From: an uncultured Alphaproteobacteria bacterium
GTDB lineage: Bacteria > Pseudomonadota > Alphaproteobacteria > Rhizobiales > Xanthobacteraceae
Direction of reading: 5' to 3'
Assembly (NCBI GenBank): GCA_963807015.1
Contig: CAWEAS010000013.1
Coordinates: 175,897-239,896, forward strand
Length of the DNA stretch: 64,000 nt
The notes below the pieces were generated by a model. The model saw nothing but the letters and a program-made list of their open reading frames with translations, was not told the DNA's origin and made no database searches. Shown one piece after another: positions 61,669 through 64,000 of this stretch. Both the position numbers and the translations under genes were made by a program. The first letter of the stretch is position 1, and each line of letters begins with the position of its first letter.

Positions 61669-62834
61669 CGGTTGCCTCCCGTCGTCTGAGCCGGGCCGGA
61701 TGGCGACGGGGTTGCCGTGCGCGCTCGCAGCTCCGGTAACGGCAGGTAGGGTACGACGCCTCCGCTGCCTGGGCCGCTGGGCGCATCGAGGATGATCTTG
61801 TCCGTGCCGCCGAGCACACGCTCCATGGTCTCGAGATAGAGCCGCTGACGGGTGACCTCCGGCGCCTTCTTGTATTGGTCGTAGATCTGGTTGTAGCGCG
61901 CGGTCTGGCCCTTGGCCTCGGCGACGGTCTGCTCGCGATAGGCTTCGGCGGCCTGCACGATCTGGGCGGCGCGGCCACGCGCCTCGGGAACGACGCGGTT
62001 CTGGTAGGTTTGCGCCTCGTTCTGCAAGCGGTCCTGATCGGTCTTGGCGGCCTGGACGTCGCGGAACGCGTCGATCACCTGTGCCGGCGGGTTGACCTGC
62101 TGCATCTGCACCTGCGTGACCAGGATGCCCGATTTGTAGGAGTCGAGCGTCTTCTGCATCAGCTCGCTCACCGCGGTCTCGATCGTCTGACGCGCGCCGG
62201 TGAGGATCGGCTGGATTTCGGAACGCCCGATCACTTCGCGCATGGCGCTTTCGGCCACGGCCTTCACGGTGCCGACCGGGTTTTGAATGTTGAACTGGTA
62301 GTCAGGCGCGCCGCCGGCGGGAAATCCCGACGACGGCGGCTTGACCATCCACAGCACGGTAAAATCGACGTCGACGATGTTCTCGTCGCCGGTGAGCATC
62401 AGGCTCTCTTCAGGAACGTCGCGCATCTGCGTGCCGCGCCGGCTGTCTTCGACGATGCGCATGCCGATGTTGATCGGATTGACGCGGGTGACCTTGGGCA
62501 GTTCGACGGTCTCGATCGGATACGGCAGGTGGTAGTTGAGGCCGGGATGGGCGTCCCAGCTATATTTGCCGAACTTCATGACGAGGCCGAGTTCGTCGGG
62601 CTCGACCCGAAAGAAGCCGGTCAGGCCCCATACCACAAGAGCGCCGATCAGGATCACCGCAATCCCGCCGCCGCGGAAGTTGCCGCCTGGAAGGATGCCG
62701 CGCAGCTTGTCCTGGCCGCGCCGCAGCCACTCCTCAAGATCGGGCGAGGAGGACCCCGAGGGTGGGGATCCCGAACCCCACGGTCCTTTTGGCCCCGAAC
62801 CCCACGGTCCGCCGCCTTGGTTACTCCACGGCAT
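61665..62834 (-). CDS. hflK: Protease modulator HflK
   Basis: Gly-rich N-terminus (MPWSNQGGGPWGSGPKGPWG), a TM helix and an SPFH domain. Confidence 0.9.
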   Translation of the reverse strand: MPWSNQGGGPWGSGPKGPWGSGSPPSGSSSPDLEEWLRRGQDKLRGILPGGNFRGGGIAVILIGALVVWGLTGFFRVEPDELGLVMKFGKYSWDAHPGLNYHLPYPIETVELPKVTRVNPINIGMRIVEDSRRGTQMRDVPEESLMLTGDENIVDVDFTVLWMVKPPSSGFPAGGAPDYQFNIQNPVGTVKAVAESAMREVIGRSEIQPILTGARQTIETAVSELMQKTLDSYKSGILVTQVQMQQVNPPAQVIDAFRDVQAAKTDQDRLQNEAQTYQNRVVPEARGRAAQIVQAAEAYREQTVAEAKGQTARYNQIYDQYKKAPEVTRQRLYLETMERVLGGTDKIILDAPSGPGSGGVVPYLPLPELRARTATPSPSGPAQTTGGNR

Positions 62835-63058
62835 GGTGAACTCTCCGTAATGGCCGAATCGGTGGCCCCGCGTCGGGGCCGGATGGCCGAAATATCAAAT
62901 CTGGGCCGGTTTATAGGGGACGCACTCGCCCCTTTCAACGCGCGCTAGCGCTCGCAGGCTGATCATCCTTTCCGGCCGGCAAAGGCATTCAGCAATGCGC
63001 GCTCGTTTCAAGCAGCTTTAGCATGCAGGGCAAGCTCCGCCGCCGCGCGGCATCAGCG

Positions 63059-63589
63059 TTACTCTTCAACTCTTCGATAAGTCAATGTGGTAAAGGATAC
63101 CTCGTCGTCGGGCCCGGCGGGGTGTTCCTCTCGCGCGGTTTCGTGCCACTGCGTCGGATCGATTTCCGGAAATTTGGTATCGCCTTCCGGGCACGCATGA
63201 ACGCGGGTGATTTCGAGCCGCGCAGCACACCCGATCGTATCGGCATAAAGACCCGCGCCGCCGCCGATGATGATCGCATCAGCGCCGCGGCGACGCGCGT
63301 CGCCTTGCGCCACCGCGAGCGCCGCCGCGAGGTTCGGAACAACGACAATTCCCGACCTCGCGAAGTCGGGATCACGACTGATGACGATGTTGGTGCGGTG
63401 CTGCAACGGCGTGCCGAAGGACAGGAAGGTTCTGCGGCCCATCACCACGGGATGGCAAAGGGTCAGTGCGCGAAACCGCTTGAGGTCACTTTTGAGCCGC
63501 CACGGCAGCCCGCCGTCCCGCCCGATCATGCCGTTCTCGGCGACCGCCGCAACCAAAACGAGGGGCACGTCGCCGGACGTCTGCGTCAC
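63059..63589 (-). CDS. folA: Dihydrofolate reductase FolA
   Basis: ...[23 protein letters not shown]..., a canonical DHFR N-terminus. Confidence 0.9.
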   Translation of the reverse strand: MTQTSGDVPLVLVAAVAENGMIGRDGGLPWRLKSDLKRFRALTLCHPVVMGRRTFLSFGTPLQHRTNIVISRDPDFARSGIVVVPNLAAALAVAQGDARRRGADAIIIGGGAGLYADTIGCAARLEITRVHACPEGDTKFPEIDPTQWHETAREEHPAGPDDEVSFTTLTYRRVEE

Positions 63590-64000
63590 ACCGCGACCTT
63601 GGCCTTGATGTGCGGATGGGGATCGTAACCCTCGACCGTGAAGTCCTCGTAGCGGAAGGCAAAGAGATCGGTGACGGCCGGATTGAGCTTAAGCTGCGGC
63701 AACGCTCGTGGCGGCCGCGCCAGCTGCTGCCGCGCCTGATCGAGGTGGTCGAGATAGAGGTGGGCGTCGCCGAAGGTGTGCACGAAATCTCCCGGCTTCA
63801 AGCCGGTGACCTGCGCCACCATCACAGTCAGCATGGCATAGGAGGCGATGTTGAACGGAACGCCGAGGAAGACATCGGCGGAGCGTTGGTAGAGCTGACA
63901 CGACAGCTTGCCGCCCGCGACATAGAACTGGAACAGGCAATGGCACGGCGGCAGCGCCATCTTGTCTACATCGGCCGGATTCCAGGCGGTAACGATGAGG
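63586..64000 (-). CDS. thyA: Thymidylate synthase ThyA (C-terminal part; the gene runs off the window edge)
   Basis: ...[40 protein letters not shown]..., with the catalytic Cys region. Confidence 0.9.
   Translation of the reverse strand, partial: LIVTAWNPADVDKMALPPCHCLFQFYVAGGKLSCQLYQRSADVFLGVPFNIASYAMLTVMVAQVTGLKPGDFVHTFGDAHLYLDHLDQARQQLARPPRALPQLKLNPAVTDLFAFRYEDFTVEGYDPHPHIKAKVAV

Overview
High-GC (about 65%) alphaproteobacterial chromosome segment. Gene content and the 'gtagcccggatg[g/a]agcgc...taatccgggg' REP palindromes point to Bradyrhizobiaceae (Bradyrhizobium, Rhodopseudomonas, Afipia or Nitrobacter). Most of the window is housekeeping or core-accessory. Main blocks: ccmABCD(G) cytochrome c maturation genes; aconitase acnA; two tandem Bax-inhibitor-1 (YccA) paralogs; a tesA / ybbA / ybbP-like block; thpR; an lptF/G-family permease; a yejABEF-type peptide ABC importer with two tandem substrate-binding proteins; cycM-kdsB-pheA; a DyP-peroxidase plus encapsulin nanocompartment operon; a carboxylesterase; a TPR-sulfotransferase; two Omp25-like beta-barrels next to a TonB-dependent receptor and a divergent tonB; an NlpC/P60 peptidase; a TPP enzyme plus AhpD-like pair; and miaA, serB, degP/htrA, hflKC, folA, thyA. 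The most unusual locus is a 2.4 kb low-GC (about 45-48%) island at 28.8-31.2 kb. It sits between core genes and carries two convergent genes of unknown function, one split at a poly-G(8) tract. It is a candidate horizontally acquired module, possibly defence-related and possibly phase-variable. Four genes (acnA, the second yejA, the encapsulin gene and the island gene) carry single-base +1 frameshifts, a pattern that may be a sequencing artefact. Other secondary observations: three REP-like nested palindromes; a candidate minus-strand sRNA with a strong terminator; palindromic operator-like sites; an orphan sigma70-like promoter; gene remnants; and a secreted CarboxypepD_reg / cytochrome c / beta-propeller fusion protein.
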